A stretch of 64,000 bases of DNA, taken from Isurus oxyrinchus (lineage: Eukaryota). The stretch covers positions 79,794,001-79,858,000 of the forward strand of contig JANJGN010000009.1 in assembly GCA_026770705.1 (NCBI GenBank), in the 5' to 3' direction. Every line of letters starts with the position of its first letter. Within the stretch, counting starts at the first letter, position 1. Made by a program: the position numbers and the translations under genes. This document shows, piece after piece, positions 51,568-64,000 of the stretch. Under the pieces are notes generated by a model. That model did no database searches. It had not been told where the DNA came from and saw nothing but the letters and a program-made list of their open reading frames with translations.

Positions 51568-52401
51568 ACTGTGTGCAATTTTGGTCCCCATAACTATGAA
51601 GGATATACCTGCATTGAAGGCAATAACTGAAGGTTCATAAGATTGGCTCCTGGGATGATAGGATGATATGATGAGAGGCTGAGGAAATTGGAGTAATTTC
51701 TTGTGTTTAGAAGAATGAGAGGTGGTCTCATTGAAATATATAAGGTTCTGAAGGGACTTGACAGGGACTAGACATGGAGGTTATTTCTGCTGGTTGAGGA
51801 ATCTAGAACATGGGGGCACAGTCTCAGAATAAAGGGTTGATCATTTAGGATTGAGATGAGAAGAAATTTGTTCACCCAAAAGGGTTATGAATCTTTGGAA
51901 TTCTTTTACCCAGAGGGTTGTGAATGCACTAGTGAATATATTTAGGGCTAAGATAGACAGATTTTTGGTCACCCAGGGATTCAAGGGATATGGGGAGCGG
52001 GCAGGAAAGTGGAGTTGGAATTGAAGTAGAAGATCACTTTAAGTGACCACATGATCTATTCCTGCTCCAATTTCTTATGTTCAACAGCAGGCTTTTATCT
52101 TGGAAACATTCAATGATTTCAGTCTTGAAAATTTTCTTGTGAAAACGTTCTTGATTTTACCTCTAGGTGGCCTAATTTTAAATATATACTCCCCTTGTTC
52201 TGGATCCTTCCACCAGAGGGGATAACCTCTCTGTCTCTACCCTATTGCATCACTTAATAATGTTAAACATCTCAACTATATCACTTTTCTATTCTCAAGG
52301 GAATTCAAGCCAAGTTTATGTACTCATAATTTAACCCTAATTCTGGTGAATTTGTGCTGCACCTATTACATGGCCAATATATTCTTCCTGAACTGAGGTA
52401 C

Positions 52402-54520
52402 TGTAGACATCTGATATTAAGACAAATACTGTAATGTAAAATTACATGATCTTGATACCCATTAGCAGCGTAGTGCGGGCTACCTCTGTAGTCAGTAGTC
52501 TTGAGTCTGAAGAATAAAGGCAGAGTTTTGAGTTGTAAGCACACAAGCGTAGCTGCTGAGTTCCTTTTACAAATGAACAGAATGTGTTTCTTCTAGGAAC
52601 GGTCTACTGATCTTCTCTGTCTTGGTACCAACTCGCTCACCCCAAAATAAGCGTGCAACCAGGATCCTTTAACCATTTGGCACTGGATCCAACAAACTGG
52701 CGACGAGAGTAAAAAGCAAGAAAAGGCACAAAAGGATGAGGTAAAAAGCAAGAAAGGACAAACGAAATCAGAAGAACTGAAATCGGGCCGTACCTCACAT
52801 GGCAGTTGTAAGTAAAGAGAACAATTTCCTTCCTGGTCATCAAAACAGTCCCCTCAGTGCATGTCACAACTTGGAAGAGTTGAGCCTTTTGATCTAACCT
52901 TGGGCAACTGGTCTCACTATCTCGTGTTCTTCTTCCAAGCAAATGACATCACAGGGAGGAAAAGAAGTATGCAATCCTCTTATCGACGTGTGGGCGTAAG
53001 ACATATGGATTAATTTGAAATTTGTTGGCACCCAGTGCCCTAAACTCAAAGTTATGATGACTTAGTGAACATCATAAAGAATCATTACCAGCCCAAGCCC
53101 TCAGTGACGCTGCAAGGTTCAAATTTAGGAATAGAGCTGCGGGGGAGAGAGTTGCTGGTTATGTGGCAAGTCAGAAACAATTAACTGAACATTGCAAATT
53201 TGGTACATCTATCGATGATATGCTTAGAGATTGTTTGGTGTGAAGTATAAATGAAGATGCGATTCAGAAGCGATTACTGTCTGAAAAAAATTAAGATTCT
53301 CAGAAGGCATTGGAAATTGCTCTGGCAATGAAAGGTGCAGTGTGAGACTCGAAATACGTACAGGGAGTGCAAAATGGCACCGTCCTCTGTGTTGGGCAGA
53401 GGGCCTCAGCCAAAAAGAACGTGAAAGTGCAAAGCTTTACTCAGAAGTCGGAAGCAACCACCACCAGAAGACAAATTAAAAGAGATAACTTAGCAGCAAA
53501 AACATGGCATAGTGGTAACAAAGGCAGACAACCCTCTATTGAATCACAGTTTAAAAAGACCAAATGTTTTTCCTGTCATTGAAATGGACACCTCATGAGA
53601 CATTGTAAAGATAGAATCAGGCAGGCTTTCAGGCAAAACCAAAAACCCAATGAAAGTAACAACATTGAAAAGCCAGAAGTAATAGATTTGAATATTTATT
53701 ATATAATTTAAAGGTAGGAAGAATGACCTATGGAATAAGTAGCAAGAACACTCAGTACTGCAGAGGAATAGTACTGTCAAATAGAAAAAGGAGGCCTGTC
53801 AACCATTTTTGGTGTTGAGAAATTTACTAATATGTTCACAATCGTCATTTTACTATCATATCGGACCGCAAGCCATTATTGGGATTGTTCAGCAAAGACA
53901 AGGCTATACCCCTAATAGCCTCAGCAACAGTACAAAGATGGGCATTGATCTTGGTAGTGTATGAGTATAATTTCATTCATAGACCCAGAAGTCAAATTGC
54001 AAATGCAGATGCACTCAGTCGTTTGCCCACACAAATAAAAGATAAGGATGTTACAATTACTCAAGAATTTGTTTTATTATTGAACTTGCTGGACTCATCA
54101 CTGATATGTGCTGGACAGATTAAATATTGGACAAATTGAGACCCAGTCTTATCCAAAGTGCAAATCAAGTTACTCATGGTTGGTCACAAGAACAGGAATC
54201 GGATGAAATGAAACCGTTTTTCCAGAGAAGATATGAAATAACCAGCCAGGAAGGTATCTTATTGTAGGGAGCACGAGTGAATGTTCTTCTAGAAGGACTA
54301 AAGCCATTGTTATCTGAACTTCACAGCGCACATCCAGGAATTTCCGTTGATTGTGAAACTTTGTGGTAGCTTGTCTATTATAGCAGAAGATGTCAGCGAC
54401 CTCACTTCACATACAAGCTACCACAAAGTTTCACAATCAACGGACTACCAGAAGTGGTCGTATCAGACAATGGAACGGTATTTATGAGTGCTGAATTTCA
54501 CCGATTTATCAGCCTCAACA
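52402..54520 (+). mobile_element. Second Gypsy element: 5' LTR plus internally deleted gag and RNase H/integrase remnants, within an old minus-strand CR1
   Basis: LTR TGT...AACA 52402-52694 and PBS TGGCGACGAG at 52698. Gag is similar to 12200-12750. Remnants QRWALIL.YEY...IANADALSRLP and VVSDNGTVF. Confidence 0.82.
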
Positions 54521-55712
54521 GTATTAATCCCCCTTGTCCTCACTTTTCACCCCACCAGCCTCTGCATTCAAAGGATCATTCTCCGCCATTTCCACCACTC
54601 CAGCATGATGCCACCACCCCCAAACACATCTTCCGCTCATCCCGCCCATCGGCATTCTGTAGGGACTGTTCCCGCCGGGACAACCTGGTCCATTCCTCCA
54701 TCACCCCTAGCACCTCATCACCGTCCCATGGCACCTTTCCATGCAATTGCAGAAGGTGCAACACCTGCCCCTTTACCTGCTCTCTCTGCACCATCCAAGG
54801 GCCCCAAACACTCCTTTAAGGTGAAGCAGTGCTTCACTTGCATCTCCTTCAATTTGGTCTACTGTATTCGCTGCTCCCAATGTGGTCTCGTCTATATTGG
54901 AGAGACCAAATGCAGACTGACTGACTGCTTCCGGAACACCTTTGGTCCGTCCGCAAGCATAAACCAGACCTTCCTGTCACTTACCATTTCAACACACCAT
55001 CCTGCTCTCATGCCCACACGTCTGTATTTGGTCTGCTGCAATGTTCCAGTGAAGCCCAACTCAAACTGGAGGAACAGCACCTCATCTTCTACTTAGGCAC
55101 TTTACAGCCTTCCGGACTTAACATTGAGTTCAACAACGTCAAACGATGAATTCTCATCCATCCTCAACCCTTTTTACAATATTAATTTTTATTTTTCATT
55201 TTTTATCCACTTATTTTTATTTATTTTCATTTTTATTCATTTATTCATTGTTTTATCCCCACCTTTTATGCTATTTTTGATCTGTTTTCCCCACAATCAT
55301 CCCCTCCCCCCCACCCCACCCCCACAAGGGCCATCTGTTGCTTGTTCATGTCATTTTCAGAGTGCTTACCCTTGACCTGCTATTATCACATTCTGCTTTC
55401 TTACCTTAATGCCACTATCAGTACCTCCTTTAGCCCTTACCACTACTGTTAATACCCCCTTTGTCCTTTTGTTCATGACATCTTTATCAATCTCTCCCTT
55501 GCCCCCACCTATCGCTGGCCTTCTATCCAGCTTCGCCTGCTCCACCCTCTTAAACAGTGTAAACGTCATCACGTTTTTACTTCTCTTTAGCTCTGAAGAA
55601 AAGTCATACGAACTCGAAACCTTAACTCTGTTTTTCTCTCCACGGATGCTGTTAAACCTGTTGAGTTTTTCCAGCATTTTCTGTTTTTGTTTCAGATTTC
55701 CCGCATCCACTC
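54521..55712 (+). mobile_element. Older-subfamily Penelope 3' fragment with canonical hammerhead core
   Basis: IPLVLTFHPTSL, CNCRRCNTC and LVYCIRCSQCGLVYIGET remnants. AGCT-CTGAAGA...GAAA motif at 55589-55628. Tail ...cagatttcccgcatc. Confidence 0.88.
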
Positions 55713-56343
55713 TTAAATCAATTACTGTGCCTCCTAATTTGGTGTCATCTATTCATTCACCCAAGTAATTGATATTTATGGTGAAAAGCCAAGGTGGAGT
55801 ACAGATCTCTGGAGAATATCACTGGAGCTGGAGATGTAGCTTGGTGCTCAGCCATGCTATAGTTGAATGTCTACAACAATGCTCCCACTCACGAAAGCTG
55901 TGCATAAGATGATCCCAGCCCTCTAATGATCCAATGGATCCTATATTCTGCAAATAAGGTCAGTTCCATTGGTTCCTTTTCTCGGTCTCCTACACTAACC
56001 CATATACATGTACTTTTACTTTTGTAAATAATCTCATGTGGAACTAAATCAAATGCCTTCTGAAGTCCATATGAATAACATCTGCCTTTATCCACATGGT
56101 AGGTGACTTACCCAAAAAGTCTAACATTATAGAAATAAGACAATAATGCACCTTTTGATCTTCAAGCTGAAACAGATGGGTGCCATTCAAGATTTTAAAA
56201 AAATTAATCATTCACAGAATGAAAGAAAGTATTTTTAGCAAGGCCAGCATTTATTGCCCATCCCTAATTGGCCTCAAGGAGGTAGTGGTGAGCTACCTTC
56301 TTGAACTTCTGCAGTCTGTGTGATGAAGGAACTCTTCAGTGTT

Positions 56344-56513
56344 AAAGACAAAACAAAACTGCGGATGCTGGAAATCCAAAACAAAAACAGAATTACCTGG
56401 AAAAACTCAGCAGGTCTGGCAGCATCGGCGGAGAAGAAAAGAGTTGACGTTTCGAATCGTCATGACCCTTCAAGTTCTGTCGAAGGGTCATGAAGACTCG
56501 AAACGTCAACTCC
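56344..56513. mobile_element. 170-bp tail-to-tail Penelope mini-insertion inside a HER1-like tail
   Basis: 13-bp TSD ACTCTTCAGTGTT (56331-56343, 56514-56526). An antisense arm (56344-56471) is followed by a sense arm (56472-56512) that is essentially just the hammerhead motif. Confidence 0.9.
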
Positions 56514-58033
56514 ACTCTTCAGTGTTGTTAGCTAAGGGGTTTCAGGATCAAATGACAGTGAAGGAATGGCAATGTATTTCAAAGTCAGGATGGTGTGTGA
56601 CTGGAACTGGGACTTGCAGGTGGAGGTGGTCCCATGTGCCTGCCTGGGGGCGTTAGTGCCCCTGTTTTGTTGTTAATTGTGTGGGAAGCCATCCATATTA
56701 TTATTTAAATGATTATATTTGGGATGGAGTCATAGTGAAAGCATAATAGCAGGTGGAAGTTTTGCCTTGTCATCCATTAAACGATGCCATATATTGTCCA
56801 TCTTTATCATTCAATCAGATTAAAACACAGACTCAGGTAAACAGTCTACTGCTTATTGCACACATACATTAAATTAAGTAACTTACTAGACCTTCAAGTC
56901 AACAGTACATTGAAAGTGCTGAAGCTTGAGATCCAGTCATAATTGCAATAGGCCTGATGTGCCAAGAACACCCTTTATTGGTGGCAATGATAGGTACCCA
57001 TATGACAACAATGACTTCTTCATAGTAATCCATTGCGTGCTAAATATTTAGTCGTACTCATTCTGTTCATACTCTATGTATGTGCACTGGTCAAAAATGT
57101 CATAACCAGCAGGTGCCCGTAGCACTTTACAGGAAACTGGCTGTACAGCACAAAACTAATTGCAGAGCAGCACAGTTAGCTTACTTTTCCCAAGACTCAG
57201 GCTGCAAAGTAAAAGCATTTTATACTGGCTTACTGCTGGCATAAGCAAATGGCCATCATCATTGAAAAGTGCTCCGGTGCAAGTATGATGCTAATAGATT
57301 TATTTTTAAGATAGCTTGCAATTAGCAATTACTAACACAGTAAATATCTAATTTAGGGGGCTGGGATCAGCTTATGTACAGCTATCATGAGTGGGAGCTA
57401 CAGCATAGCTCCCACTCTATATCCCCAGCTCTAGTGGATCCCAATGGTCAAGTTTAAGTTTGTACTATTTTAAAAGGTATGGCTCAACTGCCAAATTTTT
57501 GACTGCAGGTGTAAAGAAAAATCCATTCTGTTTTAAAATAATTATTTTGCCCTTAAGCAGCACAATTAAAATTATAATCACAATCGCCATGGTAGATAAT
57601 AAAATGTGCAGCATTTCCTGTCTCTTTGATGGATGAATGCTCAGCAAAGAGACCAATTGTTCACTGTCTAGATTGGTGTCATCTCATAAGTAATGCTAAG
57701 CCAAATCTCAGTTTGCAGATCTAATTGCAAATATCATGGTTGGAGGGGTGGATGAAGGCATTTGCTTTGCAGTTTTCTCACTTGTCCTGCAGGGACCTGA
57801 CTCTGTTCTCCTCAAGATGTTGAGATTGCTTGATGACAGAGACTTCTCCATTTGGGTTTATCCAGGGTTGTTCTTTCCCTCATGTAATGAGGCCCAAATT
57901 ACAGGCTCTGAGATTGGCTTTGCATTGGAGTTTGGGATGTCCTATGGTGTCGGTTCCCATGCTCAGCTGGCTGTTAAAATATCGTCTTTGATATGCTGGA
58001 ATCTCCATGTAAACTACATGGCTGACCCAGCAA

Positions 58034-58463
58034 ATTTCCATTATTTTTAAATCTTTTATGCTCCCCCCACTAGAGCTATGCCTTGAGTGCCCTACCATCC
58101 ATTCTTAATTAGCACATTCGTTTAGATAATATCACCAACTTCAACACCTCTGTGTTCTTTTGTTCTTTTGTCTGTGACATCTTTTGATGATCTGCTCCTA
58201 TCACTGCTTGTTTGTCCCTACAACCACACCACCCCCCCCTCCACTTCTCTCCCCCCACCCAACCCTCCCCCCCACCCACACACCTTAAACCGGCTTATAT
58301 TTCACCCCTCTCCTTGGATTCACCTAGTTCTGTTGAAGGGTCATGAGGACTCGAAACGTCAAATCTTTTCTTCTCCGCCGATGCTGCCAGACCTGCTGAG
58401 TTTTTCCAGGTAATTCTGTTTTTGTTTTGGATTTCCAGCATCCGCAGTTTTTTGTTTTTATCT
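58034..58463 (+). mobile_element. Penelope 3' fragment with full tail and hammerhead motif (CUGUUGA core, 58326-58365)
   Basis: Homologous to 1670-2069 and extends through the ...ttccagcatccgcagttttttgtttttatct tail. Confidence 0.88.
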
Positions 58464-59020
58464 CTGCTGAGTATGTTCTCGCTACCAGCTATGCAACGCT
58501 TTTGCAAGAACTTCAGTGTTAGGGATTTTGTCCTTCCACCTGATGTTTTAGATAGATGCATTCACTGCATAAGTGCCTTCACTGCTTCAGATCTAATTGC
58601 TTTAAGTGGCACTGGAAGGTTTTTTATGGCTGTGACCATAAACCAGTGATGATGGAACCACTGGCTGGTAGACTTTGATTTTTGTTTTGAGTCTCTCTCT
58701 AAAGCTTGCAGTTGAGCCTGAAGAATGCTGAACTTGCTTTTACCAGGAATTCAGCAATCTCATCACCCAGAGTGGTATTGTTGGAGAGGACACTCCCAAG
58801 ATAGCAGAATTTCTGAACTCAGTTGAGGGGTGTATTGTTAATTGTGACTATGGGGTCTTGGAGTTTGTGGTCATGGTCAGGTTGATACAAAAATCTGAAA
58901 AAGACAGATCTTGTAAGGCCAAAGCATTCTAAGGCTTGGGCAAAGTTGTAACAAGCAGTTGGATGTTCTCCAGAGTGTGTGCTATGACAGCATAGTTGTT
59001 GGCAAACAAGAATTCACTTA

Positions 59021-59723
59021 GGGTAAAATTTTTAGTTCTGTGGGTGGGCGTGACAAGCATAAATGATGTGCGGTGACGTGGGGCGAGTGCACTCATGCGA
59101 TATTTCAGTTGGCGAGTGCCGCCGAAATCAACAACGCGCCTGCTGACAATTAAAAGGCCCGTTAAGGCCTTTAAATGATAAATTAACATGAGTTTTTCAC
59201 TGCCTGCCCAACTTTACGGTTGGCGGGCAGGCGAAAAGGCCAAGCGGCCTTTGCACTTTTTAGGAAACCTTATCCACAGGTGGGATGAGGTTTCCTAAAG
59301 CAAATAAAAATTGAAAAACTTAATTAATAGCATGGCCCTGTTCATGCAACAGAGTCACATGAGGGGATAGGTTTCATTACATTTTTATTTTCTTTGTTAT
59401 TATTTTCTAAAAACTCTTCATCTCCCTGAAGCAGCTCTGTGCCTCGGAGATTATGAAGCGCGCACTCGTGTGCGTGTGCGAAGTTCGTGTTCACCCAGCT
59501 CGCACCCCCCCTCCCCCCCCCCCCCCCCAACCCCACCACCATCACCACCACCACCACCTACAAAGGCAGCGCTGAGCACTGCCAGTCCCGTTTCACACTG
59601 GGCAGGCCTTAATTGGCGTGCCAGCATGAAATTGCCTTCCAGCCCTGATTGCAGGTGGCGGTTGGCTCCCCGACTGCCCCCTCCGGTCCACTGAGCCCAT
59701 CCGACATGGACGAAATTCTGCCC
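59021..59723. mobile_element. Harbinger-type MITE
   Basis: GGGTAAAATTT / AAATTCTGCCC ends with canonical TTA TSD. Confidence 0.85.
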
Positions 59724-61967
59724 TTAGTAACTTCTGTAACCGCTGTGTAAGCCTTGAGCTTTTGCAGGTTGAAGAGATTGCCATCTGTCCTGAGCCAAAT
59801 GTGTACTCCAAAGTTGAGGTCCTGGAGTGCACCTAAGAACATAGCTGAAAATCAGGCAGCAAACAGAACTGGAGCTATTACACAATCTTGCTTGGTGCCA
59901 TTCATGGCAGGAAAGGCATTGGGCACCATTTTATATCACACTGGCTATCATGAAATGTGCAGATGACCCTAGTTTGTACAGCATCTTTCACAGGTCTTCA
60001 CAGTTTACTGTGTCAAAGGCCTTGGTCCAGTCAGTGAACACCATATAGAGATCTTTGTTCTGTTCATGGGACTTTTCTTGAATTTGATGCACCACAAGGA
60101 TAATGTTGTTTGTTATTTGTCCAGCACAAAAGCCACTGTGCTTCAGGGTATACAATGTCTGTGAGATGAGTGACAATCCTGTTGAGAATAACCTTTGCAA
60201 GAATTTTTCCTCCTGTGGAGTAAAGTGAAATACCATGATGACTGCCATAGATAGATTTGTTTCCCTTCCATCTGTACAGACAATTGTGTAAATTTTTGAA
60301 GGGAGCAGCATCTTTGTATTCTTGGACACAATGCCCTCATTCTAAATGAAGCAAAGAAGGCTAATAAGTTTCCTAACCATGTGAGCTCCTCATTACTTGA
60401 ATCCTTCAGGTGGAATGCCATCAGCTCCCAGAGGCTTACCCACAGACAGTTGCTTATCAGCCTTGGTGACTTTGGCTTGAGATGGATCAAGGGCAAGCTC
60501 ATCAAGAACAGAATGCTGTAGAAATGATTCAATGGCATCTTCGCACACTGTGGATTCTAGGCTCAGGAGATAATTATTGTGCACTGCCCAATGAGAGAGA
60601 ACCTCATACCTGTTCATTAGATGCTGATTGATGTCTGTTGAGAAGACAGGTGTGGTACCATTGGTTTTGGGGCCATAGACAGATGGCAGGCCTTGAGAAC
60701 CTTTGGGTCATGCTTTGCAGGGCTTCAGGAAGCTGCCGATGTCTTGTTCTCCCATCAATGGTTCTTTGTTTCTTAGTTTGGTATGCAGTATGTGTTTGCT
60801 TGATGGCATCTGGCTTTCCTTGCTGGAGATTTTTTGTTAGAAATGTAGGATCTGTGAACTTGGCGATATCTTGATCATTCTTGTTAAACCAATTCTGATA
60901 CTTCCATTTGACTAATCGAACCTCAGGTGCCACGCAATGAACAACATCCCATAACTTCTTCAAGAATCTTCTGGGGTATCAGCAAGCTCTATGGCTAATT
61001 TTTCTATCAGTTCCTACCTCTTGCCCAAGTCTTTAGAATAGTTATATCAAGCTTCCTTTGTGGTTTGACTCCGTGTCATAGTGCTGGTCTGGCCAGCATT
61101 CAGCACTTTTAAGACAGCATGTAAAGCGCACATCCATGAAGTCTCTGTGTTGTACATTAATATAGTCCAAAATGCACCAATGTTCAGATCCGGGGTCCAT
61201 CAGTGTTATTTTCAATTTAATCACAATCTGTTGGAAGCTTGTATTTGTAATGCCAAGATCTAACTTGCTGCACTTCGAGGGAAGCTGACTGTTGGAGTTT
61301 ACTCTCCCATTCCATGGTGCCACAGTACTCCCTACATGTATTAGAGTCTGTACCAACACGGGCATTGATCCTACTGAGATTGTTGTAGAAGACCTCACTC
61401 ATCTGTGTGTCATTGTTGCGGTTGATGAGTGTTGCATACTGGTTTCTAGCAATACTTCAAAGTACCATTAATCAGTCATTGATACCCTTGGAAAGTAAGT
61501 CGAGCTTGCATTTCAATTCAGATCGAATGGCAAAACCCATACAGGATTGTCAACGCTAGTCCTTGTACTTGCCAATCCAGTAAAATATGTAGCTTGTGCC
61601 TACTTCAAGATGATACTCTTCTACAAATGTTGTTTCACTTCGAGCAGCTATATCAATATTGTACCTGTCCAGTGTTCTGCTTATGAGAGCTGTTCTTGTA
61701 ACATTGTCTGAAAGTGTTCTAATATTCCATGAGCCAAGTGTCATCCAGTAGTTAGTTGATTTTTTGACTGCAGTGATTGGTGACCAGCCAGGAGCAGTGA
61801 CCTGGCAGGCGCAGGGAGGGCAGGCTGTGTTTAGGGTTCCTTTTTTTCCACTTCCCTGGATTGGGGAGAACAATGCAGTACCCAAAAAGGTCTGCTTTGT
61901 CATTTTAGGAGAATACGCACTCCAAATCTACCCCAATCAGTGGAGAGTGACCATCATGACTGAGAAT

Positions 61968-63144
61968 CCATGTTTAACTTGACACACACAGCATTTTTTA
62001 AATTCCATTTGTAGATTATAACAATACTATACACTAACATGTGCTTTTTAAAATAGTGAAACATCCAAAAGCTCTTTGTACAGACTCAAATGAATGCTGA
62101 ACAATAACAGAAGAGTTAGAAAAGGTGAGCTAAGGTATGTTCACAAAGGATTATTTTGAGCAGGTGACCTTAGACTGTGAGAGCGGTAGCAAGGCCGAAA
62201 GGTTTTGAAGATAAGAAAACAACAATTCTTCAATAATAAAGAAGCTGTTCCGAATTTTCCCCATCTGCCATTAGCCATGCATTAGGATAATGACGCCTCA
62301 AAATCAGATAGCTCCGGGCATGCAGGGCTCGCCAGCCTTGGTTGGTGGTTGGCCTAGGAGAAAGAGAACTCTTGATTTTTAAATGCCCCATATATGGACC
62401 AAATGGTAATGTCTTTGTCAGCTGACAGTGCAGAAGAACATAGGCAGGAATGGACTAGATGGTAATACAGACAGGGCAGGTCAGGCTCTTTCACTTGTTT
62501 AGCACCTTATCTAGAAGGACAACTCCAAAATTAAAACCTGCATCTTTTCAGATGCTGTGCTTGTGAGAGTGGGAGCGACTCTGCACAAACCTCACCCACT
62601 TACATATCTGCACTCTCTTCCTTTGGAGAATTAGTGTGTAGAATATTGTGAAGTAATGAAGGGTTTGCAGGTGAGTTAACATTCTATTCTGACCAACCTC
62701 CATTAGCACCATGTACCCCAAAGCATTGAATTCAAAATCTACATGGTTATCTCCAAATCCCTCTATGGATTTGATGCTTCCTACCCTCCAGCTGTACATA
62801 CCAATACACACACTTTTCTCTCTGAATTCCCCTCTCTGTGCCTAACCTTGACTCCAAACTTCAGAAATCTCCTTCAAAACCTGTCTTGCTACCTCTCTCA
62901 CAATCTAAGATCAGCTCCTCAAAACAGTCCTTTTCTAGCATGCCTTAGCTCACCTTTTCTAACTCTTCTATTATTATTCAGCATTCGTATGCGCCTTTGA
63001 AATTATTCAGTATTCATTTGCGTCTTTGCAAAGAGCTTTTGGATGTTTCACTATTTTAAAAGCATTTATGTCAGTGTACAGTATTGTTATGATCTACAAA
63101 TAGATTTTTAAAAATGCTGCGTGTCGGGGCCAAATTAAACATGG
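61968..63144. repeat. Diverged inverted repeat (61968-62210 vs 62870-63144) containing an L2-like tail plus flank
   Basis: For example, ttttaaaatagtgaaacatccaaaagctctttg at ~62046 versus caaagagcttttggatgtttcactattttaaaa at ~63029, and agaagagttagaaaaggtgagctaagg versus ccttagctcaccttttctaactcttct. Confidence 0.85.
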
Positions 63145-64000
63145 GTCCAAATGAATGATTGTTGAAAGGGCACAAGACTGATCACAGATAGCATGATAAA
63201 GGCTGGAGATCTTGATGGATGGATGAGCTAGGATGGGCTGAGTAGCCTTCCTCATCTGTATCTTTTTGGTGATCTTGCAGCATTTTGTCTATTCCTATTT
63301 TATAGAATAATGAGCAGTCTATGATTTTCATTCTTCACTGAGATTTGGCCTAGGTCAATCCTGCATTCCTCCATATCTGCTCTACTGAAATCATAAATGT
63401 GACACTGCCAACTAGCATCCCTTGGCACTTACAGTAAACAGGTGGCGAGTAAATATTTATCATTTGGTTACACAGATGCCATTGTCTCCTCCCATCCCCA
63501 GGCAATCACAAAGCAAAAATAAAGCAGCCTTTTTTGAATTCAAGTGGTATTAAACTGATTTTGTTTTAATACATGGACACGAGCATGTTATCTTGTAATG
63601 CCATGTATTAGTCTACAACTAAAATACAACCATATATCACAAAGCCTGTAGCATAAATCTTGAAAGATCTATTTGCTATTAAGGGCATCCTGATATTAAC
63701 TGAAGGCTAATTTATCTGAGGAACAGAGATCATTAAGTGGGCTAATTGAGTCTGAAAGAAAAGAATAGGATGTTAGCTACACCAATGTCCTAAGAAGCTG
63801 ACTTATTAACATAGTCTACCAGCACACCAGTGTTGCAAATGATGTGCTTGGAGTCTACAGGGATCAGGTAGCCGATGTCCTGTTCCAACACTTCTTAAAA
63901 GAACTATTGGTAGTCCTTTAAGGTTAGGGACAGAATGGCCCTATTCATGGCCCTAACGTTAGAAATCCTGCTGCAGAAGTTCTACACTGAAGGGGTCACC

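Larger units (their letters stand above)
46203..52082 (+). mobile_element. CR1 LINE hosting the SINE array, a Penelope element and a MITE
   Basis: ORF2 remnants from 46226 (LVIIFQNSL...DWKLAN). The element resumes at 50750 (gggacttggtgtacttgtacaag...) and after 51567, and ends ttcttatgttc at ~52082. Confidence 0.88.
57740..61960 (-). mobile_element. Decayed RTE-clade LINE interrupted by a Penelope fragment and a MITE
   Basis: MTLGSWNIRTLSD...RTALISRTLDRYNIDIAA.SET (APE N-terminus), HWCILDYINV, and QEKSHEQNKDLYMVFTDWTKAFDTVN (RT), all typical of RTE/BovB-like ORFs. Confidence 0.82.

Noticed and set aside
57740-61960. Horizontal transfer of a BovB-like RTE
   Set aside because: The copy is heavily decayed, and transfer cannot be inferred without cross-species comparison.
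22004-64000. RING/B-box first coding exon of MID2
   Set aside because: No ORF resembling METLESELTCPIC...; it must lie beyond the window.

Overview
Repeat-dense vertebrate genomic DNA. The repeat repertoire (HE1/HER1-like, Deu-type SINEs, CR1, L2, Harbinger MITEs, Neptune-type Penelope elements) points to a cartilaginous fish, probably a shark; this is an inference. The window appears to lie inside a minus-strand MID2/TRIM1-like gene. Only two coding exons are visible (22003-21908 and 2782-2675, coiled-coil region). The RING/B-box exon would lie beyond 64000 and the next exon before position 1. Nearly all ORFs in the supplied track are repeat-derived or spurious. The most striking structures are: (1) an array at 46998-50762 in which a 13-bp piece of a host CR1 element (GGGACTTGGTGTA) recurs five times, each copy separated by a distinct copy of a tRNA-derived SINE, as if one site had been hit repeatedly; (2) a Penelope-like family whose 3' ends carry minimal hammerhead ribozyme motifs (the young subfamily has a non-canonical CUGUYGA core) and whose insertions range from a 2.9-kb RT/GIY-YIG copy, through a 1.39-kb near-perfect palindrome, to 130-170-bp TSD-flanked tail-to-tail minis whose breakpoints cluster at the ribozyme; (3) several template-switch or captured-DNA scars. 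All calls come from reading the sequence by eye; family names are from recalled motifs, and no search was run.
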